Positions 38,172 through 47,821 of a DNA stretch of 64,000 nt are shown piece by piece. The notes beneath the pieces are model-generated. The model was not told where the DNA came from, made no database searches, and saw only the letters and a program-made list of their open reading frames with translations. The stretch's first letter is position 1, and the number at the start of each line of letters is the position of its first letter. Location: positions 51,339 to 115,338 of the forward strand of contig CALQZS010000001.1 in NCBI GenBank assembly GCA_943349945.1, in the 5' to 3' direction. The stretch is from Candidatus Nomurabacteria bacterium. GTDB lineage: Bacteria > Patescibacteriota > Minisyncoccia > Phycocordibacterales > SBAW01. A program made the translations under genes and the position numbers.

Positions 38172-38846
38172 CTATTTTATAAAATAGGGCGCTTGCGGCA
38201 CATCCCCAACCCATGTTGCAGTACCCTCGCCAGACACAGGAAACGGCTCGCCGAGGTACTTTGGCACTCTATGAGTAGCCAAATCAAACAGGGCTTTGGC
38301 TGTTGCGGGCACTTCGCGGATAGAGTTCTTCACAAACGCTTCGCCATGCGACGCATCCACACCCCTTGCATCAAGCCCCAACTGCCTTGCCACAAACACC
38401 GCCCGGGGCAAGTGGAAGCCCTGCGACACAATAAGCACCGAAGTAACTCCAAACACCTCGCGGGCACGGTACATGCTGCTGTACGTGTCAAAACCTGCAT
38501 AGTCTAAAAAGATGTCCGCAGGGGGGATACCCGCTGCCAAAAGATACTTACCCACCGGGTACACTTCGTGGTAGGTAAGGCTGCCGTCGTCTCCCGTTAC
38601 CAAGATCTTGTCCACCTTGCCACTGATATACAAGCTAACCGCCGTGTCGGCGCGCTGCTGTAGCACTGGAGACAACACTCCTTTGGAGGTCACGGACGCA
38701 CCCAGCACCATTGCTACTTCGGCGGAGGGGGCATCAGATGCTGTGTAGCGGTGGTCTTTGGTTGCAAGTGCTACGTACCACACCGCACAAACACACGCCA
38801 CTACCACCCCCACGGTCAGCCATATACCAAGACGAACATATCTCAT
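38172..38846 (-). CDS. SanA/YdcF (DUF218) family protein
   Basis: N-terminal TM segment. DUF218 motifs VLGA, ILVTGDDG and VLIVSQGFHLPRA. Confidence 0.75.
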   Translation of the reverse strand: MRYVRLGIWLTVGVVVACVCAVWYVALATKDHRYTASDAPSAEVAMVLGASVTSKGVLSPVLQQRADTAVSLYISGKVDKILVTGDDGSLTYHEVYPVGKYLLAAGIPPADIFLDYAGFDTYSSMYRAREVFGVTSVLIVSQGFHLPRAVFVARQLGLDARGVDASHGEAFVKNSIREVPATAKALFDLATHRVPKYLGEPFPVSGEGTATWVGDVPQAPYFIK

Positions 38847-38873
38847 ACTTGCAGTATAGACTATTTATTTTGG

Positions 38874-39542
38874 TTAAAATTCGTCTTCCAGGGGCACCAC
38901 TTCGGTCATTTCTATTTGCGGCGCGGGGATGACACACAGCACTTTACCTGCAATTTTGAAGTCTTCTTTAAGAATAATGGGTTTGAATTTTGGGTCTTTA
39001 GACTCTGGCCACAAAATGGTCATGCCGTCGCGTTTTTCGAGCCGCTTTACCGTCACCATGTCGTTGACAATAGCCGCTACCCTGTCGCCAGTTTGTGCTT
39101 GGTCGGTAAAGCGAATGAGCACGTAGTCGCCTGTGTTGATGCCCGCATCGTTCATACTGTCGCCAATAGCGCGTACCGCCACAATGTCGCCGTCTTCTTC
39201 GTCGACAATGCGCTTGTCGACCTCTAGAAACTCGTCACACTGCTCTTGCGCAAACACACTCAAATCGTCGCAGCCGACGTTGGCTATAACCGGGATACTC
39301 ACTGTACCCCACGCACCGTCGACATTGCGCAGCTCTATGTTGCGGGTGCTATTTTTGCGCCGCACAATGTAGCCTTTGCGCTCGAGGATGTCGAGATATT
39401 GCACCACCGTGCGCAATGACTGGAAACCAAGCCGCTGCCGCAATTGTTCGAGCGTGGGCGACTCTTCTTGCAGGTCTAGATGTTCGCGAATGGCGCTTAA
39501 GACGCGCTGTTGCTTAAACGTTAAGAGGTTTTGTATTTGCAT
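38874..39542 (-). CDS. lexA: LexA repressor (S24 peptidase)
   Basis: N-terminal wHTH domain, Ser nucleophile in AIGDSMNDAGI, and a catalytic Lys in VKRLEK. Confidence 0.85.
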   Translation of the reverse strand: MQIQNLLTFKQQRVLSAIREHLDLQEESPTLEQLRQRLGFQSLRTVVQYLDILERKGYIVRRKNSTRNIELRNVDGAWGTVSIPVIANVGCDDLSVFAQEQCDEFLEVDKRIVDEEDGDIVAVRAIGDSMNDAGINTGDYVLIRFTDQAQTGDRVAAIVNDMVTVKRLEKRDGMTILWPESKDPKFKPIILKEDFKIAGKVLCVIPAPQIEMTEVVPLEDEF

Positions 39543-39650
39543 AGGCTTGTGTGTATTAGTTAGTAGTAATATACACTATTGTAGCATCTATTTTTACAAA
39601 CAATACACAAGATACACAAATCTGTGGACAACTGGCGGCATAAAAATAAA

Positions 39651-39678
39651 GGCCGAGAAGTTTTGCAACTTCTCGGCC
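39651..39678. terminator. intrinsic terminator (ggccgagaagtt ttgc aacttctcggcc) with a T-run in minus sense
   Basis: 12-bp stem, located downstream of the minus-strand small ORF. Confidence 0.65.
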
Positions 39679-39690
39679 TCATGTGTCGCC

Positions 39691-39891
39691 TTAAGGGTTT
39701 TTGTCCTTAAAGCGGATCACCTCCTTTGCTTTGGGTTGTCGCCGGTCGTACCCGATGTACGTCGGAGTGATGATGATGCCTCGCTCTACCTTTGCTGCAT
39801 CCCACCCATCTGCGAGCAACGCTCGCCTGAGCGCGGTTACTGTTTTTGCATCATCTTTTTCAGTATCAGAAAGCACTACTATATCCCCCAA
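39691..39891 (-). CDS. hypothetical small protein (start uncertain)
   Basis: Distal part of ORF 39691..40005. The N-terminal part of that ORF overlaps the neighbouring gene. Terminator directly downstream. Confidence 0.25.
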   Translation of the reverse strand: MGDIVVLSDTEKDDAKTVTALRRALLADGWDAAKVERGIIITPTYIGYDRRQPKAKEVIRFKDKNP

Positions 39892-39955
39892 CTCAACACT
39901 ACCAGTCTTAATTATAACACATATTACATGAATATGCAATGAATACTGTGTGGCG

Positions 39956-40852
39956 CTACTGAGCGCACAGCGCCTGAAGCAAGACCACGTCACTTGGCGC
40001 CGCAACGAGACTAGTGCCTTTATTAACCGGACTCATAATAGCCTCCACGTCGCTTACGTGGCCCAGCCCCAGCGCATGCCCTAGCTCGTGTGCCAAGACG
40101 CGCACAAAAGTTGTTTTGTCATCAAATTGATATATCTCTATCCGCTCGCCCTCTTTGTCGGAAATATACACTCCTTCTTCAAACTCAGCCCCAGCAAAGT
40201 CGTCGTTTATCGTGCGCACGTCTGCGTTTACCCGCTCCACCAACAAGTTATACTCGTCGATAAATGCATTTGCCTCGACTGCAAGCCGGTTAACCTTTTG
40301 TCTTGCCGCCTCTAGTGCCTCCCACTCTGCTTCGAGCCCCTCTTTTATTTTTTGGAGCGCCTCATACTCGGCTGGGCTACCTTGCTTGTTGTAGGCTGCA
40401 ACCCGCGCGTTGTAGGCGTCTTGCGCACTGGCAAAGTCGGCAGCGCGGCGCGTATAGGCGCGGCCAGCCGCAGCGTACGCTGCCTGCATCTTTTTGTACT
40501 CTTGCATCGCCGCCTCTGCAGACAACTTGCCGTCACTGATGTTGTGAGTCAGCTCTTGCACTTGTTCGGTTGTTTGCTGGCGCTCGTCATACACCAAACT
40601 CACCGTCAGCGCGGCGTCCGGGTCGTATACAAACAAGTCCGCGCCACCCAGCGCATCCTCCCATATGCGGCTAGAGGCCTCTAAGTCTGCAAGCAACTCT
40701 GCCTCGGTAAGTCCGAAGCGCGGGTCCAACGTACCTATTTTGTAGGCAATAGGCTCGGTACAAGGTGTGGGTGTTGTGTACAGGACATACCCATATACAG
40801 CGACTGCCGAGCCTAATACCAAAAGCAAGATATTTTTCTGTAGCCACTTCAT
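39956..40852 (-). CDS. matrixin-like (M10) zinc metalloprotease with coiled-coil insert
   Basis: HELGHALGLGH zincin motif, and a signal/anchor at the N-terminus. Confidence 0.7.
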   Translation of the reverse strand: MKWLQKNILLLVLGSAVAVYGYVLYTTPTPCTEPIAYKIGTLDPRFGLTEAELLADLEASSRIWEDALGGADLFVYDPDAALTVSLVYDERQQTTEQVQELTHNISDGKLSAEAAMQEYKKMQAAYAAAGRAYTRRAADFASAQDAYNARVAAYNKQGSPAEYEALQKIKEGLEAEWEALEAARQKVNRLAVEANAFIDEYNLLVERVNADVRTINDDFAGAEFEEGVYISDKEGERIEIYQFDDKTTFVRVLAHELGHALGLGHVSDVEAIMSPVNKGTSLVAAPSDVVLLQALCAQ

Positions 40853-41220
40853 ATACGGCGTGTGCGCCACGCCGCCGCGGCAAGTGCCGCAGATGCTGCA
40901 GCCAAAGCAAGGTCGCGGAACAATATCTCAAACTGAACAGGATTTAACACCACAATACCAAGCAGCATGGCGGTAGCCGCAAGCGAAGGCCAGAAGATAT
41001 GCTTGCCCGACAATAGCCACAAAGCGATGCACACCTCCACTGCACCAAAGGTGTGCAGCAGCACCAAGTCAGATATACCTACACTGTGCGCCAAGTCGCG
41101 TACAAACAGCGGAAAATACCCAACCCAGCTGTCTGGGTGAAAGAGCGCGTGCACTGCCGGATATGCAAAAGCAAAAGCGACACCGACACGCACAAGCAGG
41201 TGTGCAACCTTGTCTGTCAT
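40849..41220 (-). CDS. DoxX-like small integral membrane protein
   Basis: Four predicted TM helices over 123 aa. Confidence 0.4.
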   Translation of the reverse strand: MTDKVAHLLVRVGVAFAFAYPAVHALFHPDSWVGYFPLFVRDLAHSVGISDLVLLHTFGAVEVCIALWLLSGKHIFWPSLAATAMLLGIVVLNPVQFEILFRDLALAAASAALAAAAWRTRRI

Positions 41221-41226
41221 ACGCGA

Positions 41227-41685
41227 CTACTGCACCACCACCTTGCCTGTGGCTGCAGCGTTTATGTGGTCGTGATACTCAAACACGCCCGATTTAGTAA
41301 AAGTAAAGCTGTAGCTTGTGCCCCCTTGGCACTGGTCGAAGGCAGGCGCACCGGTGTAGCCCTCTGCACAATGCACCGCACGCGAGGTGTCGTCATATTT
41401 TGTGTGCGTAGGGTGATCATCCGCAGCAACCCACATGCGCGCACCCGAAGAGGTAAAGGTAACTACCCCACCCTTGGCTATAGTAACCGTGCCAGGCGCA
41501 TAGGTATTGCCGTCATACACAACGGCGGCGGTCATGGGCGCATCACTTTCTGTTGGTTGCTCTGGCTCTGGGATGGGTGCAAGCACTACAGGCGCAGGCG
41601 CCATGGCTGTTTTCGCAGAATATACGTACCAAACGCCACCCAAAAGAATAATAAGTATTGCGACAAAAAGTATGCTCTTTTTCAT
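41227..41685 (-). CDS. secreted cupredoxin-like protein (putative copper-binding)
   Basis: Signal anchor with His/Cys spacing of H..HC...YHDH. Confidence 0.4.
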   Translation of the reverse strand: MKKSILFVAILIILLGGVWYVYSAKTAMAPAPVVLAPIPEPEQPTESDAPMTAAVVYDGNTYAPGTVTIAKGGVVTFTSSGARMWVAADDHPTHTKYDDTSRAVHCAEGYTGAPAFDQCQGGTSYSFTFTKSGVFEYHDHINAAATGKVVVQ

Positions 41686-42013
41686 GGTAGTACAAGGTTA
41701 TTTGCCCAGTAATATACCCATTTAGTATAGCACAAACCCCGCTTTGGGCGGGGTTTGTGGCTTGAAAAAAAGAGGAGCTGTTAGCGTACAAACGCCGAGA
41801 GACAGCGTAGACACTTTTCTTGGCCTGCACGCGTTTTGAGGTAGCGGTTACTGCACGGACATATCAAAATAGCCGTCTTGTGCGGTTTTTCTATCCAGTG
41901 GCCATCCTGCTGGAAGGTCTTACTTGGCCCCCGCAGCTGCTGGTTTGGCTTGTGCACCACTGGTGTTTCTTTTTTTATTTCTTCTTTCTTTTTCATACGC
42001 AAAAATATGTGCC

Positions 42014-43273
42014 CTATGCCTCGACAAAGGTGAGCGCCTTACCCTTTTTGCCTGCACGGCCGGTGCGGCCAATGCGGTGGATGTAGTCTTCATGACTCGA
42101 CGGCAAGTCGTAGTTTATAACATGGCTAACGCCCGCGATGTCGAGCCCGCGCGCAGCCACATCGGTGGCTACCAACACCTGTACATGGTCGCGCTTAAAG
42201 AGGTCGAGCGCTTTTTGGCGTTTGTTTTGTGTTTTGTTGCCGTGTATAGACTCCGACTTAAAGCCGCGGTCGTTGAGTGTCTTGGAAAGCTTTTCTACAC
42301 CATGTTTGGTGCGTCCAAAGATAAGTACTTTGTTGAAGTCTGGCTGTACCAACAGGTCGTGCAACACGTCGAGCTTGTTTGCGCCGCGCGGTACGCGCAC
42401 TACGTCTTGCTCGATGTTGGCAGAAGTCTCGCGAGTCTTGACCGAAATGCGCACCGGCTCGCGCAAAAACTCACCGATCAAACGCTCAATCTCAGTCGAG
42501 AGTGTCGCCGAGAAAAAGAGTGTGTGTCGTGGCGCAGGCAAAAGAGAAAGGATGGTGCGCATGTCTGCAATAAAGCCCATGTCCAACATGCGGTCTGCCT
42601 CGTCGAGTACCGCTGCGGTAAAGGTAGACAGGTTAAGCGCCCGGCGTTCGAGCAAGTCTTTAAGACGTCCTGGGGTACCTATCACAAACTGCGGCTTGCG
42701 GCGGAGGTCGGACATCTGTGGACCAATCGACGCACCACCCACACAAGTGGCAGCATAAATTTGGAGCCCTGGGGTAAAGCCGCGCAGCTCGTCGTTTATC
42801 TGTGTTGCCAACTCGCGGGTCGGCACCATGATAAGCACGCGCTCGTTGCGGTTGAGCAATACTTTGTTTATGAGCGGGATAAGAAAAGCGGCTGTTTTGC
42901 CTGTGCCGGTGTTGGCGATACCCACCACATCGTCGCCACGCAAAACGTGCGGGATAGAGCGGTCTTGGATAGGCGTTGGGTCGGTGTAGCCTTTTTTGAT
43001 GATGTTTTGCTTCAAACGCTCGTCGAGCGCAAAGTCAGAAAACTTGTGTTCGGGGACAAAGCGCGGCGCCTCTTCAATTATCACCGCTTTGTTTATAAAG
43101 CGAGACAGGTCAAAGGTTGAGGCTGGTCCGCTAAAGCGCGAACGCCCGCCTGGGCGGCCACCCTGGCGTGGAGAAGAGCCCGCATATTTGCGCGGCCCAC
43201 TGCTAAAACGAGACCCTCCCGAGCGGGGAAAACGGCTTCCCCCGCCAAAGCTCTTTTTAAAATTTTCGGACAT
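42014..43273 (-). CDS. DEAD-box ATP-dependent RNA helicase
   Basis: Q-motif, ANTGTGKTAAF, DEAD, SAT and HRIGRTGRAG. The N-terminus is RGG/R-rich. Confidence 0.95.
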   Translation of the reverse strand: MSENFKKSFGGGSRFPRSGGSRFSSGPRKYAGSSPRQGGRPGGRSRFSGPASTFDLSRFINKAVIIEEAPRFVPEHKFSDFALDERLKQNIIKKGYTDPTPIQDRSIPHVLRGDDVVGIANTGTGKTAAFLIPLINKVLLNRNERVLIMVPTRELATQINDELRGFTPGLQIYAATCVGGASIGPQMSDLRRKPQFVIGTPGRLKDLLERRALNLSTFTAAVLDEADRMLDMGFIADMRTILSLLPAPRHTLFFSATLSTEIERLIGEFLREPVRISVKTRETSANIEQDVVRVPRGANKLDVLHDLLVQPDFNKVLIFGRTKHGVEKLSKTLNDRGFKSESIHGNKTQNKRQKALDLFKRDHVQVLVATDVAARGLDIAGVSHVINYDLPSSHEDYIHRIGRTGRAGKKGKALTFVEA

Positions 43274-43321
43274 GTGGCTACATTGTAATATACCACATAT
43301 TCTTTGTCAATACAGGCTTTT

Positions 43322-45439
43322 TTACTGCTCTATATAACTGGGGAGCAGGTTCACCACGACGCTTTGCGAGCGTGGGCCAAGCGCTGTGTCGCAGTTAAGT
43401 CTAAACGTGGTCTGCGCATCTAGCGGGCCCGAGTCAACTTTTGTGCCGGCATGCTCTTCACTGGAGAAGCCGTTTTGCCCTGTGAGGGTGCAGCTGGTGA
43501 TAGAGCCTGTTGCCGACCAGGTAAGTTTGGTCGAGGTGTCTTTGCGTACACGCGTTGGGTCGGCACTAAGTTTGAGTACCGGACACAGCGACTCTGCAGG
43601 GGTACTTACCGAGCATGCACTGCCGCTCGCATTGCAAGTACCAGAATTAGTCATGCCACATGAGTTTGGAGCTGATGTGCAGGTCGACGTTGGTAAACAA
43701 ACCCTAGGCACACAATTTGGCGGAGTACCAGTATATCCAGCAGGGCACGTTGGCGCAACAGTGCAGTTAGGTGGCGTGCCTGTGTAGCCTACCGGACACG
43801 AAGTCACGCACGAACCATTAAAGCAAGTCGTACCTGTAGGGCACGCAGGATTGCACTGCCCTACCACATTCACATCCGTCCATCCGCCACAGTTATTAAG
43901 CTCGTTTGACTCGTCAATAACACCCACAGCATCACCACTATTTGATTTGTCTGCACAGACACGCACACCGTAGGTGCCCGCTTGTGGGAAGGTATAGACC
44001 TGTGTCGCGACACTGCTTGCGCCCACCGCAAGCGCGCCCATGTTCGAAGCGGCAAGGTCGGTGATGACTTCTGCTGCGTGGGCGATGTTAAAGAGTTTGG
44101 TGAATATATTTTGTGGAGCAGTAGCCGCTGTGTTACTGCGCACTTGATAGAAGTTTTTAAAGCCCACGCCTGTTGAACCGCCGCCGGTGTTGGTGACTGT
44201 GGCAGAAAAAGTAGTGGGCGTGCCTGCTACAGCACTAGTTGGAGTAATTCCCGAGACGGTGAGGTCGGGTTGGGATCCGGTTGGGGTACACACACCATCT
44301 CCTGCGCGGACAAAGCGATATTGTATTGGGTTGGTGGTGGTTTTTTCCCACCACTGCCAGTAGTTGCCGTTGGGGTCGCTGCCGCCGGTGCAATAGGGGG
44401 TCCAGGTACCCGCCTGCCCCACTACCACCGCAACAGCACTGCTGTAGACATCTGTCGTACTAAACCCTGTATTGTGGTTGTATACGCCAAACACGTGCGA
44501 GCCCGCGAGCGAGCTTGGTATGGCAAGCGAGCCACTTGCCGGCTTGCTTGCATACAATAAGCCGCTGTTGGTACCGTCGGGACGCAGCATAATAATGTCT
44601 ACCAAGCCGCTGTTGGTGTTGCCCGACGTCCACGAGAGAGTCATATTGCACGTGCCGCCGCCCGCGGGCAAGGTACACCCGCTAGCAACCGCGTTTATTG
44701 TTGGGGCCACAGGTGCACTACAGTCCCCCGGACTGTCTGCACCGTCGACGTTTACTGTTTTTGTTTGTACCAAAAAGTATGTACCGTCGCGTATTACTCC
44801 CCCGTTTGTGCTCCAGTCTATAAGGGGAAAAAGTGTACGCGCCCACTGCCAACTGTTGTCGCCATAGATGTCGCCATTTACCCGCATCTCGAGCGAAATG
44901 GTTTGTGCACCGCTTAGGTTGGTAAAGACGCTGCCGCCGTTTATACACCCAGCCGTCTGGCTGGATCCGCCCACAGACACGCGCGAGCCACCACACAGCG
45001 ACACGCCGTCTGTGTAGAGCGTGTAGGTATTGTAAAGATTATACGATACTACGACTGATTTAGAATTATCGACACAGGTAGGAGATGCAACAATGAGGTT
45101 AAGCTGCGTTGTAGGTATAGGGTTGTAGCCGTCTGGAGTGCTTGGAGTACCGTCGTTTACGTCTGCCACACCGCCAGTATCTTGGTCTGCACCGGTGTCT
45201 GTGGAGCCGGAGGCACCACTTTCATTATCAGCACCACCTTCAGCTCCTGTTCCTTCGCCTGACCCTCCCGATCCACCTGTACCCTCTGCACCAGCACCAC
45301 CGCTACTATCATTTGCATCTTGCGCATACACCAACGGCGTTTGCAGCATACTGACGCTCCCCACTGCTACTATTAAAAAAACAATGCTTAAAAAAGCTGC
45401 AAAAAATGCACGCGTCATATTGCTAAGCATAGCAAACAT
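43322..45439 (-). CDS. large secreted/surface protein with Gly/Ser/Thr-rich linker, CARDB-like segment and Cys-rich CPxGYTGTPPNC repeats
   Basis: Signal anchor. TTFSATVTNTGGG segment, and a repeated C-P-x-G-Y-T-G-T-P-P-N-C unit. Confidence 0.65.
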   Translation of the reverse strand: MFAMLSNMTRAFFAAFLSIVFLIVAVGSVSMLQTPLVYAQDANDSSGGAGAEGTGGSGGSGEGTGAEGGADNESGASGSTDTGADQDTGGVADVNDGTPSTPDGYNPIPTTQLNLIVASPTCVDNSKSVVVSYNLYNTYTLYTDGVSLCGGSRVSVGGSSQTAGCINGGSVFTNLSGAQTISLEMRVNGDIYGDNSWQWARTLFPLIDWSTNGGVIRDGTYFLVQTKTVNVDGADSPGDCSAPVAPTINAVASGCTLPAGGGTCNMTLSWTSGNTNSGLVDIIMLRPDGTNSGLLYASKPASGSLAIPSSLAGSHVFGVYNHNTGFSTTDVYSSAVAVVVGQAGTWTPYCTGGSDPNGNYWQWWEKTTTNPIQYRFVRAGDGVCTPTGSQPDLTVSGITPTSAVAGTPTTFSATVTNTGGGSTGVGFKNFYQVRSNTAATAPQNIFTKLFNIAHAAEVITDLAASNMGALAVGASSVATQVYTFPQAGTYGVRVCADKSNSGDAVGVIDESNELNNCGGWTDVNVVGQCNPACPTGTTCFNGSCVTSCPVGYTGTPPNCTVAPTCPAGYTGTPPNCVPRVCLPTSTCTSAPNSCGMTNSGTCNASGSACSVSTPAESLCPVLKLSADPTRVRKDTSTKLTWSATGSITSCTLTGQNGFSSEEHAGTKVDSGPLDAQTTFRLNCDTALGPRSQSVVVNLLPSYIEQ

Positions 45440-45525
45440 TATGCATCACATACTTGTTTGGGTGTGGATAGTAAGAAAGTAGAAATGCCGCTGGGTAATC
45501 CAGCGGCATTAGTAGGCGAAAAATA

Positions 45526-46176
45526 TCAACTACCAGGAACAGGCAACACGGTGATGCTTGCGAGCATAGCCAGCAAGGCATTCTCGAGTTGCCACTTCTC
45601 AGTAAACAGTCCGACACCTCGCGCCGTAACGGTCAGGGAGTACTCCGGCCACACTGGGAATGTGGCCAGTAGGAAGTTGCTCTTGGATGACCACGAGTCG
45701 AATCGACCGTCTCGATAGATACAATCAATACGAGAGGTCACCAGCAAACCCCTTGGTCCTTGTACGGGAAAACTAAACGGGGCGGTACACGTAGTACCCT
45801 CCTCATTTAGAGACCGCGGTTTTGCCCAACGATACTCTGGACCTCCTGTGCGGTCATAATACACAAGTCTGTCCACCAATCCTTTGTGGTAAGGTTCCGC
45901 AGGATTTGCCCCACGCCAAACCAACCACAACGACGGCCCATTTCCTCCGGCTGGAACCCAGCATGCCGTATACGGAGACATGCCGCGGGATGGAATTACC
46001 TTCTTTGCTTCGCAAAGTATTTGCGATTGATATCCACCTGCAATAGAGACACCATGACTCGCTAAATACGCTATGGAGTCATTGCCAGTTAATGGCCATT
46101 CCTTTTGTTGCGCCAAAACCGGCGATGCAGTGATAGTCACGAAGAGCGCCATCAGCGCCCAAGTTAATGTACGCAT
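45526..46176 (-). CDS. secreted hypothetical protein
   Basis: Signal peptide (LAQQ). A hairpin terminator lies downstream at 45485-45512. Confidence 0.5.
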   Translation of the reverse strand: MRTLTWALMALFVTITASPVLAQQKEWPLTGNDSIAYLASHGVSIAGGYQSQILCEAKKVIPSRGMSPYTACWVPAGGNGPSLWLVWRGANPAEPYHKGLVDRLVYYDRTGGPEYRWAKPRSLNEEGTTCTAPFSFPVQGPRGLLVTSRIDCIYRDGRFDSWSSKSNFLLATFPVWPEYSLTVTARGVGLFTEKWQLENALLAMLASITVLPVPGS

Positions 46177-46272
46177 TGATAGGCCCTCTCTTTTTATGTA
46201 TCACCCCACCGCGGGGTGAACTCCTGCAAAAACACTACTTTACTAAAATGGATTTGTCAAGTTTTGTACCCA

Positions 46273-47346
46273 CTACCGCCACCCGCCAAGCCAGATAAAA
46301 CCGGGATTATAGCTACTTAGGTCGAGCACCTCATTCATACGCAGGTCAGACAGCTTGTACACAGCAATTTTTGCATTCGCAAGCTCCCCACCTACTAGCT
46401 GTGCTTGTTGTAAAGCCAAAAACTGATTGTCAGGAGAAAAGGCCCCGCCGTAGGCGATGGTGTGTATATCTGCATCCTTAACCAAAGTTAGCGGCGACCA
46501 GTTTTCGACAGTAAACACGCGTACAAAATGCTCTTTGGGCACCAACCACGCAAGTTTTGCATGGTCGGGCGACACCACTACCTTTGCCGAACGCGACGCA
46601 GGAAGATCTGGGTTGGTGATTGTGGGCACTACCAAGGTGCCATCCAACGCATCAGGCACGCCTGCGTCATTTGCCGTAAATTGCTCCACAGGGAATGCGT
46701 ATATACCATTTGCCCGTAGTACAAAAAGTGTTTTGTCGTCAGGAGAGAAAAAAGGATGCAAGCCCCCCACCACACCAAGTGTCTTGCCTACCCTGTCCAC
46801 CAAAAAAGTCTGCCATCTGTCCGGATTGCTCAAGTCTGCGCCCTGGAGCCCCGCAGGCTGCACCACGTATGCAATGTAGGCACCACTGCGACTCCACACC
46901 GGTTCGCGTTTGATGCGGTTTGCGTCGTTGGTTACTTGCGTGAGTGCTTTTGTAGCTGTGTTCATTACATACAGCTGGTACGCTTGGTCGTTTGTCTGTC
47001 TGCTCATGTATGCAACCTGCGTACCATCGGCGGAAAAAGCCCCGGTCAAATTATTTTGATTGTTTGCAAAAAGCGGCTCAAGCGCCCCTGTCGCAAAAGA
47101 GTATTCGCGCATAGTAAAATTTTTTGTATCCTTGTCTTGCAAGGTAAGCAAAAGTCCGCCCGTCTGCGGCATCCCCAAAAGTGAGTCTTTACCTCCTGCC
47201 CCATACCAAAATGCACCCAAAGCAAGTAGCACAAGCACGCCCACGAGAGCGAGTATTTTAAACCGCCAAGGTCGAGCTGGTTGTGTGGTTGTAGTTAGAG
47301 GAGGCATGGTGCGTATAGAAACGTATACATACATTAGAGCACACAA
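46273..47346 (-). CDS. TolB-like/PD40 beta-propeller protein
   Basis: Repeated FSPDG, FSPDD and VSPDH blades. Confidence 0.7.
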   Translation of the reverse strand: MCALMYVYVSIRTMPPLTTTTQPARPWRFKILALVGVLVLLALGAFWYGAGGKDSLLGMPQTGGLLLTLQDKDTKNFTMREYSFATGALEPLFANNQNNLTGAFSADGTQVAYMSRQTNDQAYQLYVMNTATKALTQVTNDANRIKREPVWSRSGAYIAYVVQPAGLQGADLSNPDRWQTFLVDRVGKTLGVVGGLHPFFSPDDKTLFVLRANGIYAFPVEQFTANDAGVPDALDGTLVVPTITNPDLPASRSAKVVVSPDHAKLAWLVPKEHFVRVFTVENWSPLTLVKDADIHTIAYGGAFSPDNQFLALQQAQLVGGELANAKIAVYKLSDLRMNEVLDLSSYNPGFIWLGGWR

Positions 47347-47478
47347 GGAGGCGTAGTCGAAACAAGTTTATCCACCGCACAATTGCGAATGCCGCGGCTG
47401 TCACTAACTTTTAAAGTTATGTGTACAAGCCGCGGCATTTTATTTGGATTATAGTATCCAACTCAAGCCCCCCTTTTT

Positions 47479-47718
47479 TTAGTCTTTTTTTTCTCCGCCC
47501 GCCACTTCAGCAGGCGAAGCTGGAGCGGCGGCATACACTGCCGCCCTGTCCCAGAGGCACGCCTCTGCCGTCCTCCACGGCGACGCCGGTGGCAGTGCCA
47601 GACGAAGCTCGAGCTGCCGCAAAGCAGTCGAACCCGGGCACGCATTGGGAGGCGGACCCTGCCCAGCGAATGCCGGGAAGGGAAACAGCAGCAAGGCTGC
47701 CAAAAAAAGAATGTTCAT
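47479..47718 (-). CDS. small secreted protein, hypothetical
   Basis: AGGAGG RBS 6 nt upstream, a signal peptide, and a nested-palindrome terminator downstream. Confidence 0.5.
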   Translation of the reverse strand: MNILFLAALLLFPFPAFAGQGPPPNACPGSTALRQLELRLALPPASPWRTAEACLWDRAAVYAAAPASPAEVAGGEKKD

Positions 47719-47821
47719 TTTGACCTCCTAAGGTCGACTACGGGGCACCATTGCCCCATTTCCTGAAACAACAGTAGCAGGTTATGATTTTTTGTCAAGC
47801 CCCGCTGGGGATAGGCTGAAG

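Noticed and set aside
41781-42002. 73-aa ORF with a CxC...CxxC pattern downstream of the DEAD-box helicase
   Set aside because: No RBS or recognised family. It may be real but evidence is insufficient, so it is not listed as a feature.
47389-47442. Nested palindrome aatgccgcggct...agccgcggcatt as a regulatory element
   Set aside because: Its position directly downstream of the small secreted-protein gene, with adjacent T-rich sequence, fits an ordinary terminator.
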